A stretch of DNA of 63,242 bases, taken from the NCBI GenBank assembly GCA_964637135.1, contig CAZWTX010000012.1:1-63242 (forward strand), written 5' to 3'. This DNA comes from an uncultured Methanospirillum sp. (GTDB taxonomy: Archaea > Halobacteriota > Methanomicrobia > Methanomicrobiales > Methanospirillaceae). The notes under the pieces were generated by a model. The model searched no databases. It was given only the letters and a program-made list of their open reading frames with translations, and was not told the DNA's origin. Position numbers and translations under genes: made by a program. Shown one piece after another: positions 9,879-19,949 of the stretch (within the stretch, counting starts at the first letter, position 1; every line of letters begins with the position of its first letter).

Positions 9879-11063
9879 ATGACACGATATCAAAATTCTC
9901 TCCTCCTTCTGTTCCTGGTAATCACCTCTGTTTTCATATCTCCTGTAGGTGCCGATGTGTACCTGAAGAACGGATCCTATGTGACCGAGCCGGTCTCACC
10001 TGATCTTCTCATCAGTGAGATCACATCTTCCTCAAATCACCCGGTACCAGGTTTTTTTTACAATATCCATTGTGGAGCCTGTCACTCGGCGAAAGCACAC
10101 ATCGATGAGGTCATTGCACGAAGACCTGAGATCAGGGTTGACCAGTACGATCTTTTCAACAACACTCCGAACCGCGAATTATTCGAAGCAGTAAAGGCAG
10201 ATTTTGGCAGAAATACCCTGTCGTACCCTGTGGTGATCATCGGGCCGGTAATGCTGGAAGGAAACGAGGCAATTACAACCTATTTTGAACCGCTTGCCGC
10301 AGCAGCATCAGAACAAAACCAGGATCCCCTCTCATCCCTGTTGTCTGCGGTTCACCCGTCAGATAAGAAACCAGGCGAGGGGATCAGTATCCTGCTTATC
10401 CTTGGCGCAGGACTGCTTGACGGAATCAATCCCTGTGCCTTCGCGGTACTGGTCTTCCTCCTCACCTATCTCCTTACTCTGAACAACCGCAGGAGGGTGC
10501 TCCTGACCGGTCTTGTGTATACAACTGCCGTGTTTGCATTCTATTACCTTTCAGGTGTCGGAATTTTCACCGTTGTCCAGACTACCGGCCTTGTTACCGG
10601 TTTTTCGGTTTTTGCCGGGACAATTGCGCTCATCGCTGGCCTGCTGATGATAAAGGATGCCATCATTCCCGGCAGAGGGCCAAGCCTGGCAATCCCTGAA
10701 TCACGCAAGGCAACCATATCCGGATATATTGAGAAATCATCTCTTCCGGCAGCTGCAATCCTCGGCGTGCTGGTGGGTATGTTCGAACTTCCCTGTACCG
10801 GGGGAATATACCTCTCTATTATCTCGATGATTTCCCTGAGAACGGACCTCATGACCGGCCTGTGGTACCTGGTCGTGTATAATATCGCCTTTATCTTCCC
10901 GCTCCTTGTCATCACCGGCCTTGTGTACTGGGGAATATCTCCTGAAAAAGTAAATTCCTGTAGACTGGAGCAGCGTCGCCTGCTCAGGCTGATCATCGGG
11001 CTTATCCTGCTTGGATGTGCAGGAGTTATCCTTGCCGAAGTGCTCGGTTTCCGGCTCATGTAA
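9879..11063 (+). CDS. Thioredoxin/glutaredoxin-like domain fused to a CcdA/DsbD-type transmembrane domain
   Basis: Signal peptide; FFYNIHCGACH and SYPVVII (cis-Pro loop); TM domain with DGINPCAF and ELPCTGG cysteines. Confidence 0.88.
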   Translation: MTRYQNSLLLLFLVITSVFISPVGADVYLKNGSYVTEPVSPDLLISEITSSSNHPVPGFFYNIHCGACHSAKAHIDEVIARRPEIRVDQYDLFNNTPNRELFEAVKADFGRNTLSYPVVIIGPVMLEGNEAITTYFEPLAAAASEQNQDPLSSLLSAVHPSDKKPGEGISILLILGAGLLDGINPCAFAVLVFLLTYLLTLNNRRRVLLTGLVYTTAVFAFYYLSGVGIFTVVQTTGLVTGFSVFAGTIALIAGLLMIKDAIIPGRGPSLAIPESRKATISGYIEKSSLPAAAILGVLVGMFELPCTGGIYLSIISMISLRTDLMTGLWYLVVYNIAFIFPLLVITGLVYWGISPEKVNSCRLEQRRLLRLIIGLILLGCAGVILAEVLGFRLM

Positions 11064-11345
11064 CCTATTTTTTCCCGTCAGGGGTTCTCAGAAGGCACGG
11101 GATTGCCGGAGACTATTGACAGGGGTACTGTGCATGCACAATATGGTTTCCTTTCGTGAAAATACCGGAGAAAATCAGGTTTTTTCTCTGAACTCGCAGG
11201 GTAATAGGATCGGAGGAGGAAGTGGATGACGATAATACGTGTCACTGATTCTAAAAGCACCATTTTTCTAAGATTTCTGATTGAATGTAATTTCGGCAGA
11301 AATATATACAAAAAAATCGATTAACGGGTACCAGCAGGTGAAACT

Positions 11346-12011
11346 ATGGGAATAGGAGAATATGTCAGTGAATCATTCGCATATGCGAATGAAGGTCTTT
11401 TTGGAAAATGGCTGCGTTGGATAATCCTGATCATTTCATCAATTATCTTCCCCCTCATCATGGGGTATACCCTGAGGGTCATGAAAGGGATAACGCCGGC
11501 ACCCGAGACTGATAATTACGTTGGGATGTTTATTGACGGGATAAAAATGTTCATCATTGACATCGTCTACATGATCATCCCGGTCATCATCGGTCTTCTG
11601 GTGCTTGTTCTGACGGGGGGGATGGGCAGCCTTGCCATGCTTGGTATGAATGTGGAAAACCCGGCTGCATATGGCGGAATGCTCATTGCATCATTTGGTC
11701 TTGCAATGATTGTCTTTATCATCTTTGCCTTTATCTTCAGCCTCTTTGCAATCATCGGCATGATCAGGTTTGCACGGAACGGCCGTATGGGGGCTGCGTT
11801 TGAATTCAGTGAGATATCGGCAACGATCGGAAAAATCGGATGGGGACAGTACATCATTGCCCTGATCGTCCTGTTCATCATCATATTCGTCATATCATTC
11901 ATTCTGGGTATGATCCCGGTCATCGGGTGGATCCTCTCTCTGATCATTTCCCCGTACATCGCTATCCTTTCTGCCAGGTACTATTCACTCCTGTATGACG
12001 CAGGAGTCTGA
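11346..12011 (+). CDS. DUF4013 family membrane protein
   Basis: IIFPLIMGYTLRVMKG...FIDGIK...RFARNGRMGAAFEF pattern with multiple TM helices. Confidence 0.85.
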   Translation: MGIGEYVSESFAYANEGLFGKWLRWIILIISSIIFPLIMGYTLRVMKGITPAPETDNYVGMFIDGIKMFIIDIVYMIIPVIIGLLVLVLTGGMGSLAMLGMNVENPAAYGGMLIASFGLAMIVFIIFAFIFSLFAIIGMIRFARNGRMGAAFEFSEISATIGKIGWGQYIIALIVLFIIIFVISFILGMIPVIGWILSLIISPYIAILSARYYSLLYDAGV

Positions 12012-12020
12012 CCCTTTTTT

Positions 12021-12650
12021 TTATCGCCCGAGAATCATTCCCTGTTTTCCGGCAAGACACGCAGCAACCCGGGCAACATACCGGCCCTGATACCGGGCGC
12101 CATCAAGTTCATTTTCACTTGGGAACCGCTCATTCTGTCCGGCAATGGTAGAGGCACCATACGGTGAACACCCGGTGATCTCGTCAATCCGGCTCTGGCC
12201 GGCAAAGGTATACGGCAGACCAACGACAATCATGCCATGATGAAACAGGGAGACCTGCATCGTCAGGATAGTGGATTCCTGGCCACCATGCTGGGTTCCT
12301 GAAGAGGTAAACACACTTCCTACCTTGCCGGCAAGGGCTCCCCGACTCCAGAGTCCGCCGGTAGCATCGAAAAACTGACGCATCTGACCGCACATATTCC
12401 CGAACCGGGTAGGCGTCCCAAATATAATGGCATCCGCCTCGCCGAGCAGTTCAGGAGTGATCACCGGGAGCCTACGGAACGTTTCCTGAAAAGAAGCGGC
12501 ACCCATCTTTTCAATCACCTCATCCGGGAGCGTTTCAGGTACCCGGTAGCACTCTGCGACATATCCCGCTTCAGATATCCCATCAGATATCGCGTCTGCC
12601 ATCCGGTGGATATGCCCATAGAGAGAATAGTAGACCACAAAGATTCTCAT
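12021..12650 (-). CDS. wrbA: NAD(P)H:quinone oxidoreductase type IV (WrbA)
   Basis: MRIFVVYYSLYGH start; FGTPTRFGNMCGQM; TQHGGQEST; SPYGAST. Confidence 0.95.
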   Translation of the reverse strand: MRIFVVYYSLYGHIHRMADAISDGISEAGYVAECYRVPETLPDEVIEKMGAASFQETFRRLPVITPELLGEADAIIFGTPTRFGNMCGQMRQFFDATGGLWSRGALAGKVGSVFTSSGTQHGGQESTILTMQVSLFHHGMIVVGLPYTFAGQSRIDEITGCSPYGASTIAGQNERFPSENELDGARYQGRYVARVAACLAGKQGMILGR

Positions 12651-12817
12651 GAACTGCCATATGCACAGGAGGGACAATAAAAGATACGGGTGAACCATCC
12701 CCTGGCCAGGGGAGCCGGATACCGCTGATCCCCGCCTGTTGTATTGTTTTCAAAGAATGGGTTCACCACATTCATTTAGATACCTTTATAATACTCATGA
12801 TACCAGGGTACATGCAC

Positions 12818-12836
12818 TACCTTGCATCACAAGGTA
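12818..12836. promoter_or_regulatory. Candidate PadR operator TACCTTG-N5-CAAGGTA
   Basis: Perfect 7-bp inverted repeat about 25 nt downstream of TATA TTTATAAT (12785-12792), upstream of the DUF4013-padR cluster. Confidence 0.7.
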
Positions 12837-12897
12837 TCATAAATTGCATGGAATTAATCCTCGTGAGTAACCACGGGATATCCTTACCGGGTGAATT

Positions 12898-13617
12898 ATG
12901 TCAATTCAGAGAAAACTAACAGAATCAGCCACGTATACAAAAGAAGGAATCGTTGGTCACTGGAAACGGTATATTCTCCTGATAATCGGGACGATTATAT
13001 TTCCCATCACCTGTGGGTATTCAGTCAGGGTGATGAGTGGAATAGAACCTGCACCGGAAACAGGAAGTATCTGGAGGTTATTTGTTGATGGTATCAAACT
13101 CATCCTGATCCAGATCGGGTATTACATCATCCCAATCCTCGTGCTGATCATCACCAGCGTAATAGCGGTGATTATGGCATTACCGGTTGATGGAACCCTT
13201 GAGCTGGAACTCGATACGACTGAAAATCCGTTCCTCCTGTTTGCAATATTCCCCGGTCTTATCGCAAGCATCGGCTTGTTTTTCATCCTTGCAGTTGTCG
13301 TCTCCTTATTCGCCTCCATGGGAATGGTACAGTTTGCACGGACAGGAAGCATGACTTCTGCTTTCGAACTCGGGGATATCGTAACCAGGATCAGGCATAT
13401 CGGGTGGGGAAAATACATCCTCTCATTGATAGCCATCTGGATCATTATCGGGTGTATCAGTATGGCAACCTCACTCATCTATCTCCCTGATACGATGGAG
13501 ATGATCATCCTGAGTTGCCTGCTATCGATCCTGGTCACCCCAATCCTGACCATCTTCTCTTCCCGGTACTTATCCCTGCTCTATGATGACGGGGAAATAA
13601 CCGTTGCCGGGGAGTGA
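12898..13617 (+). CDS. DUF4013 family membrane protein (paralog of 11346-12011)
   Basis: IIFPITCGYSVRVMSG...FVDGIK...QFARTGSMTSAFEL. Confidence 0.85.
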   Translation: MSIQRKLTESATYTKEGIVGHWKRYILLIIGTIIFPITCGYSVRVMSGIEPAPETGSIWRLFVDGIKLILIQIGYYIIPILVLIITSVIAVIMALPVDGTLELELDTTENPFLLFAIFPGLIASIGLFFILAVVVSLFASMGMVQFARTGSMTSAFELGDIVTRIRHIGWGKYILSLIAIWIIIGCISMATSLIYLPDTMEMIILSCLLSILVTPILTIFSSRYLSLLYDDGEITVAGE

Positions 13618-13806
13618 GAGCAGGATTCGGGGAATGGTTATCACTACCAGGTTTCACAGACACCGGACTGATTCCGGAAGATGTCCAAACCATCTGGCAG
13701 GACACCGGATAGGTCGGAGAGTAATGGATGTAAGAGGGGCGGATTGGCAGTCTGAACAGGCGTATCCTCCCCTTCATCCGGGGATGAAAACTGCAGGGGT
13801 TACCTG

Positions 13807-14181
13807 ATGAATATCCAGTTCAAGAAAGGAGTGCTGGAAATGTGCGTACTCACCCTGCTCTCCCGGAAGGATTGTTATGGATATGAACTGGTCCAGCAGA
13901 TTTCATCACAGATTGAGATCTCGGAAGGCACGATCTACCCGCTTCTCCGTAGGCTGAAAGACGAGAATTATGTCACGACCTACCTGCAGGAGTCAGATGA
14001 AGGGCCCCCGAGAAAATACTACTCACTGACTGAAGCCGGCAGGGATACCTGCAAAAGTCTCTGCCAGGAATGGTTTTCATTCACAAGAGCAGTCAATGAT
14101 CTCATCGGCGGAGTGGAAGGGTGCACCGGACCCTCAAAAACCGGAGAACAGGAAATGAATACCGGAGAAGAGAAAAAATGA
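13807..14181 (+). CDS. PadR family transcriptional regulator
   Basis: [12 protein letters not shown]...YGYEL...[11 protein letters not shown]...[10 protein letters not shown]. Confidence 0.95.
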   Translation: MNIQFKKGVLEMCVLTLLSRKDCYGYELVQQISSQIEISEGTIYPLLRRLKDENYVTTYLQESDEGPPRKYYSLTEAGRDTCKSLCQEWFSFTRAVNDLIGGVEGCTGPSKTGEQEMNTGEEKK

Positions 14182-14762
14182 ATCGTGAGGATTTTATCGG
14201 CAGGTTCCGCTCAGCTATGGGAGATCAGATCCCGGCAGCAGATCTTGCAGATATCATCGCCGATTACGACGAACACTTCCGGATGGGTGCCCTGGACGGC
14301 CGTACTGAAGAGGAGATCGCTGTTGCTCTCGGTGATCCGGCAGAGATTGCACGGGAATGGCGGGCAATCACTCTGGTCAGATATGCTGAGGCGCATTCAT
14401 CTCTCCAGAACATCGGACGGGCAATTCTTGCTACCGTGGGTCTCGGCCTCTTTAACATCATTGTTATCCTGATCCCGGCGATCATCATCTTTTCCCTGCT
14501 GCTGGCGGTTCTGATTACCGGAATCTTTCTCATAATTGCAGGGCCTGCCATGACAATTGCGTCTTTCGGGGTAGCCACGGGGATAGTCGATGTTCAGGAG
14601 ATCCTGATCCCGTGGGCAGGTTTCTTCTTTGGAATCGGGTTGTTTACCCTCGGGCTTCTCGTCATCATCGCAGACGCCTATGTTGCCCGGTGGACCTATC
14701 ACCTGGCCATCAGATACCTGCACTGGAATATCGCAATAATACAGGGACGGGAGGGGCTATGA
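14178..14762 (+). CDS. DUF1700 (HAAS signalling domain) membrane protein
   Basis: MNREDFI...[33 protein letters not shown] followed by TM helices; ATGA overlap with padR. Confidence 0.9.
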   Translation: MNREDFIGRFRSAMGDQIPAADLADIIADYDEHFRMGALDGRTEEEIAVALGDPAEIAREWRAITLVRYAEAHSSLQNIGRAILATVGLGLFNIIVILIPAIIIFSLLLAVLITGIFLIIAGPAMTIASFGVATGIVDVQEILIPWAGFFFGIGLFTLGLLVIIADAYVARWTYHLAIRYLHWNIAIIQGREGL

Positions 14763-15541
14763 AGGGAATAAGACCGTATTCTGGCATGAAACAGGGAGTT
14801 ATCATCGGACTCATTGCGATAACCCTGGTCTCATTCCTTCTTGCCGGCCTGTTCACCTGGATGGGAGGCGGCCGGATGATCCAGGATACCGAACAGACAG
14901 AACCGTTTATCGAGGAGATCTCAATTCCACGGGGAACCGGTTCAGTAGTAGAGATCCAGCTCTCGATCGGATCCGGAACGGTGATGATCCGGCCTATGCC
15001 GGTGAACGAAACAGATATGCCCCTGATGAACGCGACCGTCAGGTCATGGGAACCGGTAAAAAACCGGATAACCACCGATGAACGCGACGAATTGACTGTC
15101 GTTTCCCTTTCCCAGAAGGAGGGAGACATCTTCAACGTTTCAGCAGAGGGAGAGGAATGGAATGTATTTGTCAACCCCACGGTTCCCCTTTCCCTCTCGA
15201 TCAGCATGGGTACCGGTGATGCCCGGGTTTACCTTTCAGGAATGAATGTTACCTCGCTGTCTATCGGAAATGGCGGTGGAGTATCCGTTGTCGAGGTTAT
15301 CGATTTGAAGAATGAGCATTTGCCGATCCGCCTTGTCAATGGAATCGGCCATTCCGAGGTTATACTACCTGAAAATTCCCAGATCACGGCACGGATCAAG
15401 AACGGAATCGGCGAGACCCGGGTGACCGGGTTTACCCGAACCGGCGACACCTGGACCCATACATCCGAAGATATCACAGGGCCGTCCATCAGCCTCGCCC
15501 TTGACCAGGGGATCGGGGATATCGCACTCTACACCCTGTAA
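14759..15541 (+). CDS. Membrane-anchored toast-rack (DUF4097/DUF2154-like) beta-helical protein
   Basis: One N-terminal TM; repeated beta motifs (LSISMGTGD, IGNGGG, VNGIGH, KNGIGE, DQGIGDI); ATGA overlap with the upstream gene. Confidence 0.78.
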   Translation: MKGIRPYSGMKQGVIIGLIAITLVSFLLAGLFTWMGGGRMIQDTEQTEPFIEEISIPRGTGSVVEIQLSIGSGTVMIRPMPVNETDMPLMNATVRSWEPVKNRITTDERDELTVVSLSQKEGDIFNVSAEGEEWNVFVNPTVPLSLSISMGTGDARVYLSGMNVTSLSIGNGGGVSVVEVIDLKNEHLPIRLVNGIGHSEVILPENSQITARIKNGIGETRVTGFTRTGDTWTHTSEDITGPSISLALDQGIGDIALYTL

Positions 15542-15585
15542 CGCCTGTAACCACCGGATTACCGGTAAAAGTACCAAACAAACAA

Positions 15586-16863
15586 ATGACTCAAACCGCA
15601 GAAACAAGACATTCTAAAAAGAATACACCCGGATTATGCATTACAACCGGCAGAAAGAACCTTATTGTTCACGCCCTGGCTGTCATTGCACTCCTAATGT
15701 TTCCCTCAGTGGCAGCAGCAGGACCCTCCGTAATCATCAAGGATTACACGGTAACCCCCTCGGTCCTGATGCCGGGGGAGACCGGAACCCTCACCGTCGT
15801 ACTAAAGGCCACGACTGCTACGACCCAGCAGAGTTCGGTGACGTACGGAACCGATGTGGCGAGTACAACCGTCTCCATAACCCCATACGTCGACAGTATC
15901 ATCCTGAAAAGTGATGATATCGAGGTTATGGACGGTAAATCAAATTTTGAAGGAAATATAGGACCTGACCAGGAAATCCCGGTCACCTTCCTGATAACGG
16001 CGCCGCAACGGAGCGGTGTGTACTTCCCGGAAGTCTGGATCAGGATTGACGGCGGAAGGAGCCTGAAATATCCCGTTCCGGTCAATGTGAATACCCAGGT
16101 ATCAGTTCTGCGGACCCCTTCACTGACCCTTGACAATACCTTTGAAGAACAGGTCAGGCCGGGAAGCCGAGTCAGGGCTGAACTGATCATCGGCAATACC
16201 GGATCGTCACAGGCAGACAACATCCAGGTCCACATTAACGGTTCCCCGCCATATGTCATCCCCGCCGGGGTCAGTACCTTCCAGATCGAGAGCCTGAAAC
16301 CCGGCCAGGAGAACCGGCAGAACGTAACCCTGCTGATAGACAAAAATGCCCCGACCGGGCTTATCCAGGTACCCGTAACGGTGAGATATGCCGTTCTTGA
16401 TGGAACGATAATGGAACAGCCGGGAAGCATCGGCCTGGACGTCAGGGGACACGCGGATATCGGTATCACCTCGGTCGAGACAATCCCCTCACGGGTGAGT
16501 GCTGACACGCCCTTCGATCTCCTTATCAGGATACAGAACACCGGAACCGGTGAAGCAAAGACCGTCGATGCCGTGACCGATCTTCCGATAGCCGGGGCCG
16601 GACAGGCGTTCATCGGGAAGATAAAAAGCGGCAACGACGCTCCGGCAACCTTCATTCTTGAAGCTGCACCTGCCGGAACCTACAACTATACCGCTACGAT
16701 CACCTACACCGATGACTGGGGAACACACACCCTGAAAAAGGACCTCATCCTCACGGTGGCTGGTGGCGATGGTTCAGGAACAGTGATCCTGATCATCCTG
16801 CTGCTGGTTGTCATCGGTGGCGGAGGATTCTGGTACCTCCGCCGGCGAAACGGTGAGGAATGA
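15586..16863 (+). CDS. COG1361 S-layer-domain family protein with C-terminal TM anchor
   Basis: Signal peptide, three Ig-like repeats (NTGSSQA, NTGTGEA), TM followed by a basic tail; start may lie downstream. Confidence 0.8.
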   Translation: MTQTAETRHSKKNTPGLCITTGRKNLIVHALAVIALLMFPSVAAAGPSVIIKDYTVTPSVLMPGETGTLTVVLKATTATTQQSSVTYGTDVASTTVSITPYVDSIILKSDDIEVMDGKSNFEGNIGPDQEIPVTFLITAPQRSGVYFPEVWIRIDGGRSLKYPVPVNVNTQVSVLRTPSLTLDNTFEEQVRPGSRVRAELIIGNTGSSQADNIQVHINGSPPYVIPAGVSTFQIESLKPGQENRQNVTLLIDKNAPTGLIQVPVTVRYAVLDGTIMEQPGSIGLDVRGHADIGITSVETIPSRVSADTPFDLLIRIQNTGTGEAKTVDAVTDLPIAGAGQAFIGKIKSGNDAPATFILEAAPAGTYNYTATITYTDDWGTHTLKKDLILTVAGGDGSGTVILIILLLVVIGGGGFWYLRRRNGEE

Positions 16864-18068
16864 CCCTGCAGGATCTCAAGGTCTCATTCTTCCTCGCGAC
16901 ACGGGGAATCTTCAGGGGAAGCCGGGGAAGTCTGTACCTGACTGTGTTGATCATCGCGATGGTCTTCATCAACATGATCTTCCTCCCGTCCATTGTTCTC
17001 GGGTTCATCAAGGTAGCCGAAGATCAGCTCATCGATTACGAGATCGGGAACATCCTCATCAGCCCGAAGGAGGACGAGGAGTACATCTACGAGTCCAGGA
17101 GCCTGCTAGACAAGATTAACGGCATTCCAGGAGTCTACCGGGCTGTTTCCCATTACTCGACCGGTGTAACCCTGAAGAATAAGGGAAACACCATCGGCAC
17201 AACCGTATCTGCCATCAGACCAGATGATGAACGGCTGGTAACCGGCATATCCAAAAAGATGGCCGATGGAAATTACCTCGCGGAAGGAGAACTGAACCAG
17301 ATAATCATCGGCATCCAGACATCTGGTCATAAAGATCCGGCAGAGGACATGGGATCCACCCTCGGGTATCTCAAGGCCGGCGATTCAGTGACCGCTGAGT
17401 TCACCAACGGGGTTACGAAGGAGTACCAGGTCAAGGGTATCATCCAGACCGGATCCTACTCCTCTGACCAGGGAGCCTTTATCAGCTGGGATGAGATGGA
17501 ATCAGTCCTTGGTCATCCTCTGGACGTGGCAAGTTATGTGATCGTCAAGACCGATCCGGATGCCGATGAAACGGCAGTAAAGACACAGATCCTCCGGTTC
17601 GGGGTCGCTGAAAAGGTGAAAACCTGGGAAGACCTCCTCAAGGAAGCGATGGGACGGGCCATCCAGAACTTTGCCATGCTCAACAGCATCACGATCATCG
17701 TCTCGATTATCATCGCCGTGGTGGTACTCTTCATCGTGATCATGATCAAAACCCTGAGCAGCAGACGGCAGATCGGCGTGTTGAAGGCAATAGGGCTCGA
17801 TAAATCCATCATCATCCATAATTACGTCTTCCAGGTCCTGATCATGACGACGATCGGGGTGATAACCGGGATTATCCTTCTCCAGGCAATGGTTGCGGTT
17901 TTAACCGCGTACCCGTTCCAGTTCCCGGACGGGAGTGTCACCCCGGTTGTTACGGTGACAGACATGGTGAATAACACGATCATGCTGTATATTGCCGCAT
18001 TCATCGCGGGGTATATCCCGGCATGGCGGGTGGCAAGCGAGGATATCATGACTGCGATGAGGGCCTGA
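16860..18068 (+). CDS. ABC transporter permease, MacB/FtsX (LolC/E) family
   Basis: TM, large extracellular loop, then 3 TM; RRQIGVLKAIG motif. Confidence 0.92.
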   Translation: MTLQDLKVSFFLATRGIFRGSRGSLYLTVLIIAMVFINMIFLPSIVLGFIKVAEDQLIDYEIGNILISPKEDEEYIYESRSLLDKINGIPGVYRAVSHYSTGVTLKNKGNTIGTTVSAIRPDDERLVTGISKKMADGNYLAEGELNQIIIGIQTSGHKDPAEDMGSTLGYLKAGDSVTAEFTNGVTKEYQVKGIIQTGSYSSDQGAFISWDEMESVLGHPLDVASYVIVKTDPDADETAVKTQILRFGVAEKVKTWEDLLKEAMGRAIQNFAMLNSITIIVSIIIAVVVLFIVIMIKTLSSRRQIGVLKAIGLDKSIIIHNYVFQVLIMTTIGVITGIILLQAMVAVLTAYPFQFPDGSVTPVVTVTDMVNNTIMLYIAAFIAGYIPAWRVASEDIMTAMRA

Positions 18069-18069
18069 C

Positions 18070-18780
18070 ATGATCGACGTTGAAAACCTCTCCCGGGTCT
18101 ATGAGATGGGGCATGTTACCGTCCACGCTCTCCGGGGAATCACCCTGAAAATCCCGAAGGGCCAGTTTGTCGGGATCATGGGAGCGAGCGGATCCGGTAA
18201 ATCCACGCTTCTCCATCTTCTCGGACTTCTTGACCGGCCAACCGAAGGGAAGATCCTCCTTAGGGGAACTGATGTGAGCAAGCTGAATGACCGCCAGAGA
18301 ACCCTTTTCCGATTGAAACGTCTCGGATATGTATTTCAGGATTACGCCCTCGTTCCTGAACTGACCGTCGAAGAGAATGTGTATCTCACCTCGATGGTCA
18401 GGGGGATGACCGAGAAGGAGTACCTGGATCTCACTGACGAAGTGCTGACACGGATCGGGCTCTTTGAGCGGAAGACCCATAAACAAAGTGAACTCTCCGG
18501 GGGACAACAGCAACGGGTATCCATTGCGAGGGCCGTGGTGAATAAACCCGAGATTCTCTTTGCTGATGAACCATGTGCTAACCTGGACAGTGAGAGCTCA
18601 AAAAACGTCCTCGATCTCTTCAAACAGATCAACCGGGAACTCGGGCAGACAATCATCATGGTCTCCCATGAAGACTGGCATCAGCGGTACTTTGACCGGG
18701 TAATCATTCTCAGGGACGGAAGTGTCATCCAGGACGGCCCACCGAAAGAGGTTAAAAACGGCAACGGCTGTGAACCATGA
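18070..18780 (+). CDS. ABC transporter ATP-binding protein (LolD/MacB-like)
   Basis: GASGSGKST, LSGGQQQR, LFADEP. Confidence 0.95.
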   Translation: MIDVENLSRVYEMGHVTVHALRGITLKIPKGQFVGIMGASGSGKSTLLHLLGLLDRPTEGKILLRGTDVSKLNDRQRTLFRLKRLGYVFQDYALVPELTVEENVYLTSMVRGMTEKEYLDLTDEVLTRIGLFERKTHKQSELSGGQQQRVSIARAVVNKPEILFADEPCANLDSESSKNVLDLFKQINRELGQTIIMVSHEDWHQRYFDRVIILRDGSVIQDGPPKEVKNGNGCEP

Positions 18781-18829
18781 CCCGCCCTGTTGCACCGGTC
18801 CGTATTCGGGAAATATTCAACCTTGAAAC

Positions 18830-18838
18830 TTTTTTTTT
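18830..18838 (+). terminator. Oligo-T archaeal terminator candidate after the ABC genes
   Basis: T9 run about 50 nt after the stop codon. Confidence 0.45.
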
Positions 18839-18991
18839 GAAGGTCATGTGAAAAGTCATGAGATTTAGAAGAATTACCAAACCGGTTCAGTTCCCCTGAA
18901 GGTTCTATGACCCGGGTATCCCGGTAAGCATTAAATGTTCGCCCTTTCATGTTCATACATGAAGAAAGTTGTTTCAGGACGCAATTCGTCC

Positions 18992-19165
18992 ATGGATATC
19001 TATCGCTGTGACCCCTGCCGCTGGATTTATTATCCGGAGAAAGGGGATCCGACGCAGAATATTCCTCCTGGGACACCTTTTGAAGATCTTCCGGATACCT
19101 GGCGATGCCCGCCCTGCAAGGAGCCAAAAAAGGTATTTGTAAGGATCTCACGAAGTGAGGAGTGA
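18992..19165 (+). CDS. Rubredoxin
   Basis: [17 protein letters not shown]...[17 protein letters not shown]. Confidence 0.93.
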   Translation: MDIYRCDPCRWIYYPEKGDPTQNIPPGTPFEDLPDTWRCPPCKEPKKVFVRISRSEE

Positions 19166-19245
19166 CCAGGTCTTCAGGGTGACAGACCTGACCCAAAACA
19201 TATTAGAAAACAAAGAAGATTTTCAATTACACGAGGTGAAACCAG

Positions 19246-19860
19246 ATGGACAACCAGCGAAACTACACCCTGCCACCCCTTGCGTTTGGTTACAAGGACC
19301 TGCAACCGGTGATCTCCGAAGAACAACTGACCCTCCATCACCAGAAACATCACCAGGCATACGTAAACGGGGCTAATGCCATCTTTGAAAAACTGGATAC
19401 GGCCCATTCAGGAGGCGCTGACCTGGATCAGAAGGCCCTCCTGAAAGAACTCTCGTTCCATATCGGTGGTCATCGCCTCCACACGCTCTTCTGGGAGAAT
19501 CTCTGCCCTGAATCAAAAAGCAGGGAGCCTGCCGGAACCCTCAAAGATTATATCATCAGGGACTTCGGATCCATGGACCGGTTCAGGAAGGAGTTCTCAG
19601 CTGCAGCGGGAAGCGTCGAGGGATCCGGGTGGGCGGCCCTTACCATCTGCCTCGCTACGGGCCGGCTGCTTATCATGCAGATCGAGAAGCATAACACCAA
19701 TGTCTACCCGGCATTTCGGATCCTGATGGTCCTGGATGTCTGGGAGCATGCCTATTACCTTGATTACAAGAACGATCGGGCATCTTTTGTTCAGAATTTC
19801 TGGAAGATCGTCAACTGGGACATGGTTCAGGCACGCCTTGATACAGCCCTGAAAGGCTGA
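19246..19860 (+). CDS. sod: Fe/Mn superoxide dismutase
   Basis: [32 protein letters not shown]. Confidence 0.97.
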   Translation: MDNQRNYTLPPLAFGYKDLQPVISEEQLTLHHQKHHQAYVNGANAIFEKLDTAHSGGADLDQKALLKELSFHIGGHRLHTLFWENLCPESKSREPAGTLKDYIIRDFGSMDRFRKEFSAAAGSVEGSGWAALTICLATGRLLIMQIEKHNTNVYPAFRILMVLDVWEHAYYLDYKNDRASFVQNFWKIVNWDMVQARLDTALKG

Positions 19861-19949
19861 TTCACTTTTTTTCTGACCGCATCTTACCTGGCAGCATCCC
19901 TTCGGGATACTGATATCTTCATTCCAGCCGAGAATTATACCGCCAGATC

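Noticed and set aside
9719..10003. Cys/His-rich 94-aa ORF (possible RiPP or metal-binding peptide)
   Set aside because: Its Cys-rich half is an alternative frame of the CcdA-like gene's signal-peptide region, and no modifying enzymes lie nearby.
15744..16655. 303-aa antisense ORF
   Set aside because: Lies wholly opposite the COG1361 gene and has no motifs; typical shadow frame.
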